Shown: one piece after another, positions 30,042 to 39,702 of the stretch | Numbering within the stretch: the first letter of the stretch is position 1 | How the letters are laid out: each line of letters opens with the position of its first letter | Assembly: GCA_963771175.1 (NCBI GenBank) | Contig: CAVYSY010000038.1 | Location: 96,001-160,000 of the forward strand | Direction of reading: 5' to 3' | Length of the DNA: 64,000 nt | From: an uncultured delta proteobacterium | Lineage (GTDB): Bacteria; Myxococcota; Myxococcia; Myxococcales; Myxococcaceae | Notes under the pieces: generated by a model | The model's database searches: none | Told to the model about the DNA's origin: nothing | What the model saw: only the letters and a program-made list of their open reading frames with translations | Program-made: the position numbers and the translations under genes

Positions 30042-32178
30042 GTGACGACGCACGACGGAGCGGGGGGGGCCCCGTACCATCATTTCGAGACGCTGCCCTT
30101 CGCCCTGTGCGTCATCCGCGACAGCGTCATCGTCTACGCCAACGCGGCGCTCCTCGGGCTGATCGGCAAACCTCGCGAGGAGGTGGTCGACAGGCCGTAC
30201 GAGCTGCTGCTGTCGGCGCAACAGGCCCCCTTCATCACCGAGCGGCACGCGCGTCGGCTGCGCGGGGAGCCGGTGCCGGACGCGTACGAGACGGTGGTGC
30301 GCACCCCCACGGGTGAGCGTCGCGTGGAGTTCACCATCTCCCTGAGCGGGCCGGACACCGTGGTGCTGATGCGAGACCTCTCCAGCCGGCTGGCCCAGCG
30401 CCAACTGCTGCAGCGCATGGCCTCGCTCGGCGCCTCGCTGCCCGGCATCCACGCCGAGGACGAGGTGCTCCGCCGCGTCTTCGAGGGGCTCGCCGAGCTG
30501 GAGCTGTCCTACGGCTACCTCGTGCCGGACGGAGACAAGGTGTGGCTGGGCCATGCCTGCGTGGCCACCGGAGCGTCCGCCGGCGAGGCGCGCCTCACCG
30601 GCCAGCACCTGGTGGACGTGCCCGGCCGGTGGTCCCCCGTGCTGGAGCGGGCCTGGCGGGAGGGCTCCGCCTTCGGGAATGACTTCGCCTGGGAGGCGGC
30701 CCAGTTCGTGGGCCAGGACTGGGCCGAGCCGGTCCGCACCCACCTGAGCCGGGTGGAGCCGCTGCGCGCCATCTGCGTCCGCATCGACCTGGAGGGCGCA
30801 CCCCGGGCGCTGCTCATCGTGGCCGCCGACTGGTTGCGCGAGGAGGAGCAGCCCTCGCTGCGTCTCTTCGCCGCCCAGGTGTCCGCCGCGCTGGAGGCCG
30901 CGCGCACCATCTCCCGCCTGTCCACGCGCAACACCGCGCTCGCCGCGCTCAACCGGCTGGCCGAGGTGGCCGCCACCGCCCCGGAGCCGCGCGCCTTCTT
31001 CGAGCCGGGCACGCAGGAAATCTTCGGGCTGCTGCACTGCACCGCGGTGCTCATCACCCTGCGCACCGAGGACTCCGACGAGATGGAGATGGTCTGGACG
31101 TCCGGTGCCACCGAGGAGGCGGTGCGCCCCTACCGGCGGCGCGCCCTGTTCGGCGACGTGACCCGGCAGGTGATGGAGGAGGGCGTCCCCCGGGTGCTGC
31201 ACCTCGAGGACTTCCCCGACCCCGCGCGCGAGGACATGCGGCGCGCCGGCCGCGCCTCCGCCGTCATGGTGCCCCTGCAGGTGCGCTCGCGCATGGTGGG
31301 CGCGCTCGTCATCACCTTCCGCCAGCACCGCATCCTGTCCGACCTGGAGCTGGAGACGCTCCAGGCCATGGGCTCGCACTTCGCCGCCGCCATCGAGTCC
31401 CACCGCCTGCTGCAGGAGGTGCGCGGGCGCGCCGAGGAGCTCGCCCGGCTCCACGCGGAGCTGAAGCACGCCCAGCAGCAGCTCGTGGAGCGCGAGCGCC
31501 TGGCCGCGCTCGGCGAGCTGTCCGCCGTGGTGGCCCACGAGGTGCGCAACCCCCTGGGCGCCATCTTCAACGCCGTGGCCACCCTGCGCCGCTTCGTCGA
31601 GCCCGCCGGCTCCGCCCACACCCTCATGGGCATCCTCGAGGAGGAGGCCAACCGCCTCAACCGGCTCGTGGACGACCTGCTCGACTTCGCCCGCCCCTCC
31701 TCGCCCGAGCCGCAGCCCGTCCCGCTGGAGCCGCTCCTCCAGGAGGCCGTGCGCACGGCGACGAGCGGGCAGACGCGCGTGCGCGTGGAGTGGGCGCTGG
31801 AGCGGGACGTCCCCCCGGTGCCGGTGGATGAGCGGATGATGCGGCAGGCCTTCCTCAACCTCGCCCTCAACGCCGTGCAGGCCATGCCCCAGGGCGGCAC
31901 CCTGCGCGTGGCGGCCCGCCGCTGCTCCGAGCACCCCGGCGCCATCGTGGAGTTCACCGACACCGGCCTGGGCATCCCCCTGCGAGCTGCGCGAGCGCCT
32001 CTTCAAGCCCTTCTTCACCACCAAGGCCACCGGCACCGGCCTCGGCCTCGCCATCGTCCAGCGCACCCTGGCCGCCCACTCCGGACGCATCACCATCGAG
32101 TCGCCTCCCGGCGGCGGCACCACCTTCCGGCTCGTGCTCCCGCTGCTCCCAGAGGCCGTGGCCATGCAGGCGGAATAG
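30042..32178 (+). CDS. PAS-GAF-GAF sensor histidine kinase (frameshift near 31980)
   Basis: [10 protein letters not shown]-box, [27 protein letters not shown] continues in another frame. Confidence 0.88.
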
Positions 32179-32441
32179 CCAGGGCTCGCTCTCCCGCCTG
32201 CCGTTTGGCGCCCGTCCTGTCCGGTAGCGCACGCTCCGGCGCCGCGCGGGGCTCACCATCCATTGTTTGTCAAGGCATTCCTCCGGCGGACCCTGGCCAT
32301 CGGCGAACCGGGACAGTAGAACGACGAATCCCCAGGCATCGTTCCGTTGCTCGGCGTGGCCGGCGCCCCAGTCGTGGCCTGGGTTGAAGGCATCCATGGC
32401 GCCGGACCTCCGAGCCCCCATCCCGTCTTCCGGGAGGTGTC

Positions 32442-33470
32442 TTGATGCGTCGTCTGCTCGCAGGAAGTGTCGCGGTGTCCGCGCTGATGCTGGGGGGAAG
32501 CGCCCAGGCCTCAGGGGCGTGTGGCTGGACGTCCGCCGGCTGGAACGCCCCCAACGGGGCGGTGGTGTTCAACCGCGGCCCCGGCCCCATCCGCAACGTG
32601 CTGGACGCCATCGGGGAGTACCGCACGCACTCGATGCTCTCGCATGGGCCGGGCGCGGGCGTGTCCCACGCCACCATGAAGACCCCGAAACAGACGGACT
32701 GGCCGGGCGTCTGCACCAAGCCCATCAACGGCGGCGAGCTCCAGTACGGCTACCCGGGTCTCGAGCAGGTCAACCAGGGCGGCATCTACCACTACATCTA
32801 CGAGGAGGGCGCCGCCGCCGAGTGGACCGGCTGGCAGCAGGGAGACCCCGCCCAGGCGGCCCTCATCGGCGACTCGCTCTGGTTCAACCACCCGTACGTC
32901 AGCGACGTCTCCCGGGTCGACTCGGGCCAGTACCTCGACCGGCCGGTGCGCAACGGCTATCGCGTCAACTACTCGCTCTTCCAGTACAAGGACCTGGAGA
33001 CCACCCATCTGATTCCGGGCGGCGGGGCGAACGAGGGCATCGTCTGCTCCACCTTCATGGCCTACGCGCACAACTACGCGGGCCGCGGACAGGTGACGCC
33101 GTACACCTACTCGCACGAGCAGATCGCCAACGCGTCCAACTCGCTCTACACGGGCGTCTACAACGAGTGCAAGGAGTCGCTCGGCTGGTTCACCAACGCG
33201 CTCCTCACCGTGGCCTGCCCCTTCTACAACGTGTGCGGCAACGCCGGTAACCAGGTGGCCAACTGCATGTCCACCAACCGCTGCGACACCTCCGATGGCA
33301 AGTACTGGAGGGGCGTGCGCGACGACCCCAACACCACCGCCACCTCCCTCAGCCCGGATCGCATCGGCGGATGGGGCGTCCACCCCATCAACAACACCGT
33401 CTGGGGCCCGGACTACTCGCACCAGCTCCAGTGGAACTCGGGCGGCAACGTCTACGGCTGCTGGCAGTAA
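32442..33470 (+). CDS. Secreted Cys-rich protein, probable permuted papain-like (YiiX/YaeF) fold
   Basis: Signal peptide; GAVVFNRG..THSML and later IVCSTFMAYA. Confidence 0.55.
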   Translation: MMRRLLAGSVAVSALMLGGSAQASGACGWTSAGWNAPNGAVVFNRGPGPIRNVLDAIGEYRTHSMLSHGPGAGVSHATMKTPKQTDWPGVCTKPINGGELQYGYPGLEQVNQGGIYHYIYEEGAAAEWTGWQQGDPAQAALIGDSLWFNHPYVSDVSRVDSGQYLDRPVRNGYRVNYSLFQYKDLETTHLIPGGGANEGIVCSTFMAYAHNYAGRGQVTPYTYSHEQIANASNSLYTGVYNECKESLGWFTNALLTVACPFYNVCGNAGNQVANCMSTNRCDTSDGKYWRGVRDDPNTTATSLSPDRIGGWGVHPINNTVWGPDYSHQLQWNSGGNVYGCWQ

Positions 33471-33491
33471 TCACGGAGAGGAGCCCACGCG

Positions 33492-34907
33492 ATGACGTCC
33501 ATCCCCGAGAACCGCTCTCAACGGCCCTGGCGCCCGGTGCTGCTGCTCTCGCTGCTCGCCCTCGGGGGACTCGTCGGCTGGCTCCTCTCCCGGGAGAGGC
33601 CGGCGCCGGACGCCCCCGCTCCCCAGACGCGCACCCGGGGTGCCTCCGAGGACGCTCCGTCCCCGGCCCTGGCCGCCGCGCCGAAGTCTCCGGAGGCCGC
33701 TCCCGCCGCCGCCGCCAGGCCCGCTCCGCCCATCGTGGATGAGATTCAGGTGGAGAAGCAGGAGGTGTGCTCGGGCGAGGAGAACCTCATCTCCGTGCGC
33801 GCCCACACCCCGGACGGCAAGGACGCGTACCTGCACTACACCGTGGGCAGCGGCACCGGCCAGCGCATGCCCCTGCGCGTCTGGCGCAATGACGACGGCA
33901 CCTACGAGATTCCCACCCTCACGGTGTTCACCCAGGACAACGTGGCCGTCACCGTCCCCATCCCCACCTACCAGGTGAAGGAGTGCGAGCCCGAGCGGCT
34001 CGTCCATGTCATGTCGCGGCGGCAGCCCAACGCCGAGGACGACTTCGAGTTCCTCGCCAAGGTGGTGGAGCGGCCCGCGCGCCCCGGCCAGCCCGCGCTC
34101 AAGCCCTTCGTCCCCGCGCGCTACGTGTGGACCTTCGACGACGAGCCCGCGGAGACCACCACCCAGCCCGTCGTCTCGCACTCCCTGCTGGGCAAGACGG
34201 GCGTGGACAGCATGTACACGCAGCACCTCGTCCGCGTGGACGTCTATGATGCCGCGGGCCAGAAGGTGACGGGCCGCTCCTCGCTCCAGGTGCTCAACAC
34301 CGCCTTCGAGAACTTCGACAAGAAGGGCATCGTCACGATTCTCACCGTGGGCACGCCGCGCTTCCCCGTGCTCGACGAGGACGGCGTGGTGCGGCAGAGC
34401 TTCCGCCTCTACCACCGCTTCCGCGGGCCGGTGCGCCTCACGAAGGTCACCACCATCCGCGCCTTCCAGGGCAACAAGGAAGGGCCTCCGCCTCCGGAGC
34501 AGGTGGACGACGCGTCGCTCCCGGTGAGCGAGGTCCCCGAGGGCAAGGGCGCCGAGGTGAAGGTCACCTTCGACACGAAGGCCGAGCCCGACGTCTTCGC
34601 CATCACCTACGCGCTGGAGGGCGTCAGCGCCGACGGCCACCCCGCGCGCGGCACCTTCTCCCTCATGCGGCCGCCTCCCAAGCCCACCCGGGAGAACAGC
34701 AACCCCGTCACGGACCCGGTGCTGCTCGCCAAGGTGAAGCGCGCGCGCGAGCTCCTCAAGCAGGAGTTCGTCACCGACGAGGACCTCTTCCGCCTGGAGC
34801 GCGAGGGCAGGTTCGCGGACCTGAAGGTCGACGCCTCCCAGCAGCCCGCCCAGGCCACGCCCGCGAGCGGCACGTCCACGGGCCGTCCCCGCAACCCCGG
34901 GCGGTAG
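33492..34907 (+). CDS. Membrane-anchored hypothetical protein, beta-rich
   Basis: N-terminal TM, Pro/Ala linker; co-oriented 21 bp after the previous gene. Confidence 0.6.
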   Translation: MTSIPENRSQRPWRPVLLLSLLALGGLVGWLLSRERPAPDAPAPQTRTRGASEDAPSPALAAAPKSPEAAPAAAARPAPPIVDEIQVEKQEVCSGEENLISVRAHTPDGKDAYLHYTVGSGTGQRMPLRVWRNDDGTYEIPTLTVFTQDNVAVTVPIPTYQVKECEPERLVHVMSRRQPNAEDDFEFLAKVVERPARPGQPALKPFVPARYVWTFDDEPAETTTQPVVSHSLLGKTGVDSMYTQHLVRVDVYDAAGQKVTGRSSLQVLNTAFENFDKKGIVTILTVGTPRFPVLDEDGVVRQSFRLYHRFRGPVRLTKVTTIRAFQGNKEGPPPPEQVDDASLPVSEVPEGKGAEVKVTFDTKAEPDVFAITYALEGVSADGHPARGTFSLMRPPPKPTRENSNPVTDPVLLAKVKRARELLKQEFVTDEDLFRLEREGRFADLKVDASQQPAQATPASGTSTGRPRNPGR

Positions 34908-34987
34908 CCCCGGTGGGAGGGCGAGGAAGCGGGCAAGGTGGCGCCCCCATGGGGAAAGCGCCATGCTCTCTCCCACGGAGGTAGTCC

Positions 34988-35461
34988 ATGTCCCTCTTCG
35001 ATGCCGTGGCGGCCGGTGACCTGGCCCGCGTGCAGGTGCTGCTCGACAGCGGCGCCGACCCCAACCCCTTCGACGACGAAGGCCGTACTCCCCTCATCGT
35101 CGCCGCCGAGAACGGCCACGAGGCGCTCGTGCGCGCCCTGCTCGCCGGTGGCGCCGACCCCATCCTCACCGATCGCATGGGCGAGACGGCCCTCGGCAAG
35201 GCCGCCGCCCACGGCCACGCCCGCGTCGCCGCCCTCCTCTACCCGCTCGCCTCCGAGGACGAGCAGATGATGGCCCGCTCGCTGCTCAAGCTGGGCACTG
35301 ACTTCTTCAACCTCCCGAGCGAGCCGGCTCCGCCCCCGGACGAGTTCCGCCGCAAGCTGGCCTCCGCGGGCGCCTACGTCGCCGGGAAGCTCGGCGACAA
35401 CGCCCCCACCGAGCGGCTGGAGCGACTGGCGCGCGCGGAGAAGAACGCCAAGAAGCGCTGA
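34988..35461 (+). CDS. Ankyrin repeat protein
   Basis: GADPN..GRTPLIVAA..GADP..GETAL. Confidence 0.9.
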   Translation: MSLFDAVAAGDLARVQVLLDSGADPNPFDDEGRTPLIVAAENGHEALVRALLAGGADPILTDRMGETALGKAAAHGHARVAALLYPLASEDEQMMARSLLKLGTDFFNLPSEPAPPPDEFRRKLASAGAYVAGKLGDNAPTERLERLARAEKNAKKR

Positions 35462-35673
35462 GGCCGTGCCGCTACAGGTTTTTCGGGAGATCGCGCGACA
35501 ACGTCCGGTTTTCAGCACGCACTCCGCCCGTCGGTGAACATCTCCACGGGCCGGTTTCCGGCGAGTCCCGCCACTCCGTGCGATTATGCCGCCACTGTCC
35601 GGTGCGGCTCTGTGAGTCGCATGGTTCCAAATGGTCCCCGCTGTACGGGACCGTCATGAGTGGGGGGACATGC

Positions 35674-36225
35674 ATGTTGATGACGGATGAGCGCGGAGTG
35701 TTCGGCAACGCCTTCCACGGTCTCTTTCAGCTTGCACACGGGAGGCTCTCCTTGGGAGCCCGCAGTGCCCTCGGACGCATGGGGCTGCAGCTCGACTGCC
35801 AGCCCCAGTCCTTCTACCCGCTGTCCGTCTGGCGCCCCTCGCTCGACATCGTCGTGCGCGAGCTCTACCCCAACCTCCAGCGCGACGAGGCCCTGCGCCG
35901 GCTCGGCCAGCAGATGGTGCTCGGGGTGAGCGAGACGGTGCTCGGCCGGGGGATGCTCGCGCTCGGGCGCGCGCTCGGGCCTCGCCGGCTGCTCATGCGG
36001 ATGAACCACAACTTCCGCAACGCCGACAACTACGTGCAGATGCAGCTCACCGAGCTGTCCCCCACCGCCTATGAGGTGTGGATCAACGAGACGCTCGGGA
36101 TGCCCTCCTACTACCAGGGCATCCTCGAGGCCGCGCTCGGTGCCACCGGCGTGCGCGAGCCCCGCGTGCGGAGCGTGCGCGTGGAGGGCGGGAGCGCCAC
36201 CTACCACGTCGAGTGGTGCGCATAG
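35674..36225 (+). CDS. DUF2378 family myxobacterial protein
   Basis: YPLSVW, ALRRLG, TVLGR, LGPRR.L.R...NFR.ADNY, YYQGILEA. Confidence 0.8.
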   Translation: MLMTDERGVFGNAFHGLFQLAHGRLSLGARSALGRMGLQLDCQPQSFYPLSVWRPSLDIVVRELYPNLQRDEALRRLGQQMVLGVSETVLGRGMLALGRALGPRRLLMRMNHNFRNADNYVQMQLTELSPTAYEVWINETLGMPSYYQGILEAALGATGVREPRVRSVRVEGGSATYHVEWCA

Positions 36226-36226
36226 C

Positions 36227-36874
36227 TCAGTGGGGCAGGAGGCTCGCCGCCCGCTGCAACACGCCCCGCCAGCCCGAGAGCCGGATGTCCTCGCACTCCT
36301 CGCGCGCCAGGGCCCAGCAGCCCTCCTTCGGGTCCGCGGTGAGCTCGTGCGTCGAGCCCGCGGGCGCGCTGCTCCAGTCCCCCGCCTCCAGGAACCGGCC
36401 CCGGTCCCATGCGCCGCCCGCCACCACCAGCGTCTCCTCCCCGCCCCGGTGCGCGTGCCTCGGGAAGCGAGCCCCCGCCGGCAGGTGGACCAGGTAGAGC
36501 GCGCACCCGCCCGATTCGTCCCTCAGCAGGCGGGACACCCGGCTGCCCTCGCTCAGCAGCGAGTGCCACCGCCAGTGCTCCGGTGGCGGCAGCTCCGCCA
36601 GCAGCGCGGGGGGCAGGGGCAGGCCTTCCACGGGCCTCGGTTGCTCGCGTCGGGACGCCTCCTCCCAGACGCGGCCGAAGAGGTCCGGCGGCACGGGCGC
36701 CTCGGGCACGGCCTCCAGCACGGTGCCTCCGGCGGCCCCCAGGCGACCTGCCCGCCGGGCGCAGTCATCACAAAAGGAGAGATGCGTCTCCACCAGAAGG
36801 CGCAGTGGCACGTCCGCGGCTCCCGTGGCGTAGGCCAGCAACCGCTCGGTCGAGGGATGGTTCGCAGGCTTCAT
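36227..36874 (-). CDS. ChrR-like anti-sigma factor (zinc finger + cupin)
   Basis: LAYATG, HLSFCDDC ZAS motif, PRHAHRGGEETLVV. Confidence 0.85.
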   Translation of the reverse strand: MKPANHPSTERLLAYATGAADVPLRLLVETHLSFCDDCARRAGRLGAAGGTVLEAVPEAPVPPDLFGRVWEEASRREQPRPVEGLPLPPALLAELPPPEHWRWHSLLSEGSRVSRLLRDESGGCALYLVHLPAGARFPRHAHRGGEETLVVAGGAWDRGRFLEAGDWSSAPAGSTHELTADPKEGCWALAREECEDIRLSGWRGVLQRAASLLPH

Positions 36875-36878
36875 CGCT

Positions 36879-37400
36879 TCACTCCGTCAGCAGGGCGCGC
36901 ATGTGCAGCAGGGCCATCCGGACTCGGGACTTGAAGGTGCCCAGGGGCACGGCGAGCGCCGTCGCCGCCTCCTCGTGCGTGTAACCCCCCAGCACCGCCA
37001 GCTCGACGGCCTGACGCTGCTCCGGGCTCAACCCGTCCAGCGCGCGTGCGAGGCTCATCGATAGCTCGGGGTCCGCCCGCACCAGTTCCCGCAGCGGCTC
37101 CTCCGCCTCGGGGGGCGCGGGCGCCTCTCCCGACTTCCGACGGCGCCACCGGTCCACCAGCTTGTGGCGCGCGATCATGTACATCCACGCCAGGGGCGTG
37201 CCGTGCTCGGGCCGGTAGCTGGACGCCTTCTGCCAGATGGCGGTGAAGACGTCCTGCACCACGTCCTCGGCGAGCGCGCGATCCCTCGTCACGCGCAGCA
37301 CGTAGCCCAGCAGTCGGCCCGCGTGCCGCTCGTAATAGGACTGGAAGGCATCCTTGCTGCCGCGCGCGATGGCGCACAGCAGCACCCCATCCTCCGCCAT
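36879..37400 (-). CDS. ECF sigma-70 factor
   Basis: AEDVVQDVF, WMYMIARH, THEEAA..PLGTFKSRVR. Confidence 0.92.
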   Translation of the reverse strand: MAEDGVLLCAIARGSKDAFQSYYERHAGRLLGYVLRVTRDRALAEDVVQDVFTAIWQKASSYRPEHGTPLAWMYMIARHKLVDRWRRRKSGEAPAPPEAEEPLRELVRADPELSMSLARALDGLSPEQRQAVELAVLGGYTHEEAATALAVPLGTFKSRVRMALLHMRALLTE

Positions 37401-37536
37401 GGCTCGACTCCTCCGGACGCACGCGCGCCGCGCGCCGCCCGGGTTCAGAGGCCATTACGGAAGACAGGGTGGAGTTGGATGAGTCGGAACGACAGGGGAG
37501 GTTGCCTGCCCGCACCTCCCCCGAGGGACGGACGAG

Positions 37537-38492
37537 CTAGTCGTTGAACTTGCCAGCACGCGCGTCCTCGAAGGGCACGCGGTGCTTGAGGTACGTGTCC
37601 TGGAGCATGTGGTTGGCGACGAGGTTGATGCCGCCGTCGCCGAAGCGGTGCACCACCGCGTCCTTGCCCGCCTTCTTGAGGAAGGCCAGCGGATCCACAC
37701 TGCCACCCAGGCCGAAGAGCGAGGGCACCATGTCCCGGTTGTTCACGTAGTGCACGTACTTGGGCCCATCCGGGTAGGTGGCCGCGGCGGCCCCGAAGGT
37801 CTCCACGTTCACCCGGCTCATGGTCTTCTCGACCTCGGCCTTGGACATCCCATCTTCGATGCGCAGCCGGTTGTAGACGTCCTTGAGCGCCCGGCTGGTG
37901 ATGAGGCCGCCCTGGCTGTAGCCCATCAGGTCCACCGACCGGCCCGCCTTCAGCTCCGAGTAGACGGTGTCCGCCAGCGTGTCCACCGCCGGGTTGCGGC
38001 CCTTGTCCAGCTTGTCCTTCACGCACTGGGCCAGGTCGCTGATGAAGCCCTCGGTGGAGTTGTGGATGCCGATGGTGCGCGCCCCCGACTTGTCGGCGAT
38101 GGCCTGGAGGTCGCTCGACTGCGCCTCCTTGGGCGTCATGATGCCGTTGACGTAGATGATGGTCTTCGTCGGGTTGGGGTTGTTCTTCGGCATCACCGCC
38201 GGAATCTGGCTCAGCGGCGTGCCCGGCGGGAACGTCTTCCCGTTGGCGCCCACGAACTGGCCGTCATGCACCCGGTCCGGCGGCTTGCTGCCACCCAGCA
38301 GGCTCGTCACCTGCCGCACCGGCCCCGACTCGAAGGCGTCCACGCCCTGCTTCACCACCTTGGCGCCCTCGGCCACCGCGTTCTTCACGGTGTTGACCGC
38401 GGCGTTCGCGGTCTGCTGGGCTTCTCGAGGGTCTGACGCGCGCCCTGGCCCACGTGGGACAGGGGGTTGCGGTTGCGATCGATGGTGCTCAT
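37537..38492 (-). CDS. Alpha/beta-hydrolase-like protein with low-complexity N-terminus (frameshift near 38420)
   Basis: IYVNGI, GYSQGG nucleophile elbow, TFGAA, D.VP, C-terminal H..Y; MSTIDRNRN start at 38492 is out of frame. Confidence 0.6.
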
Positions 38493-38615
38493 GGGGGCTC
38501 CTACGAATTGTCCGTTGCTCCATTCTCCCACGAAGCGGTGCGGAAGTTGCGTACCCCCCGCACTTTTCTGGCACGGTACCGTCCCCCTCTCTCCCTACAC
38601 GAAAGGAAGAAATCC

Positions 38616-38882
38616 ATGAGCGCGAAGCGTCTTCTGTCGTCGGCGGTGCTCCTGTCGGGCCTGCTGGCCCTCGCGGCCTGCGGCAGTGCCGAGATTGGCG
38701 AGGAGTGCGACAAGACGGGCAGCACCGACGAGTGCGTCGAGGGCGGCGTCTGCGACACCCTCGGCGGCGGCAGCACCACCCTGCAGTGTCTGAAGATCTG
38801 CACCGCGGACACCGACTGCCCCTCCACCCAGTCCTGCACCGGCGTGAGTGGCAGCAACCTGAAGGCCTGCCACAACAAGTAG
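38616..38882 (+). CDS. Small Cys-rich lipoprotein
   Basis: Lipobox LAAC; 8 further Cys. Confidence 0.75.
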   Translation: MSAKRLLSSAVLLSGLLALAACGSAEIGEECDKTGSTDECVEGGVCDTLGGGSTTLQCLKICTADTDCPSTQSCTGVSGSNLKACHNK

Positions 38883-39034
38883 GAATTCCGGCTCCGCGCG
38901 CGTGGCCGCTCTGACGGTGCGGGTGGGCTCGATCGAACCCATCCTCAAGCGGCAAGCAGCCACGCGCGCCGGGGTGAGTGCTCCTCGGGGCTTCCCGAAT
39001 GGCTACATCAATCCCAGGAGGAAGGGGTAAAGCC

Positions 39035-39451
39035 ATGCGTGAGAGCATTCTGGCGGCGATGATCTCGGCCGTGTCCTGGGGGGCGATGGGCACCGCCCTC
39101 GCGCAGCAGGGCAACTACCCGCTACAGCAACCCATGGCCGGCAGTTACTACCAGCAGCAGCCCATGGCCGGGAGCTACCAACTCCAGCAGCCCATGGCCG
39201 GGAGCTACTACCTCCAGCAGCCCATGGCGGGGAGCTACCAACTCCAGCAGCCCATGGCCGGGAGCTACCAACTCCAGCAACCGATGACTGGCAGCTACTA
39301 CCTCCAGCAGCCCATGGCGGGGAGCTATTACCTCCAGCAGCCGCTCATCGGCAGCGACTATGTCGAGCCGCTCTTCGACAACGACGTCTACGACATCAAC
39401 GAGCCCTACGTCGGCGGCTACGACCTCTATCCCCTTGACGCATCGGAGTAG
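39035..39451 (+). CDS. Secreted Gln/Tyr-rich tandem-repeat protein
   Basis: Signal peptide ending ALA; 7 QQPM(A/T)GSY(Y/Q)(L/Q) repeats plus 1 degenerate; acidic Tyr-rich tail. Confidence 0.75.
   Translation: MRESILAAMISAVSWGAMGTALAQQGNYPLQQPMAGSYYQQQPMAGSYQLQQPMAGSYYLQQPMAGSYQLQQPMAGSYQLQQPMTGSYYLQQPMAGSYYLQQPLIGSDYVEPLFDNDVYDINEPYVGGYDLYPLDASE
39125..39364 (+). repeat. 30-bp coding tandem repeat x8
   Basis: cagcagcccatggccgggagctac(c/t)a... units. Confidence 0.9.
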
Positions 39452-39702
39452 GAGGACCCCAAGGGTCAGCAGCCGAGCCGCTCCGTCATCCGCGTCTCAA
39501 CTCCGTGAGGGACGCTTCGCTCGAGCCTCAAGCCATCCGGCTGGCGTGAGGGGTGCGGTGGGGCTGTCACTCGAACCTCCCCCGGGAAGGGGACGGGCCC
39601 TCCCATGGCCGCCTGCCCTGCCTTGGCATGCGCGGGTGGAAGACGCACCTTCATCAAGCCTCACCCGTCCCGAAGACCTGGAGAGGGCGGAAGGAGAGCA
39701 TC

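Noticed and set aside
36227..37400. ECF/ChrR pair as a novel system
   Set aside because: Well-described sigma/anti-sigma architecture
39125..39364. Possible CRISPR array
   Set aside because: Head-to-tail 30-bp coding repeats with no unique spacers and no cas genes
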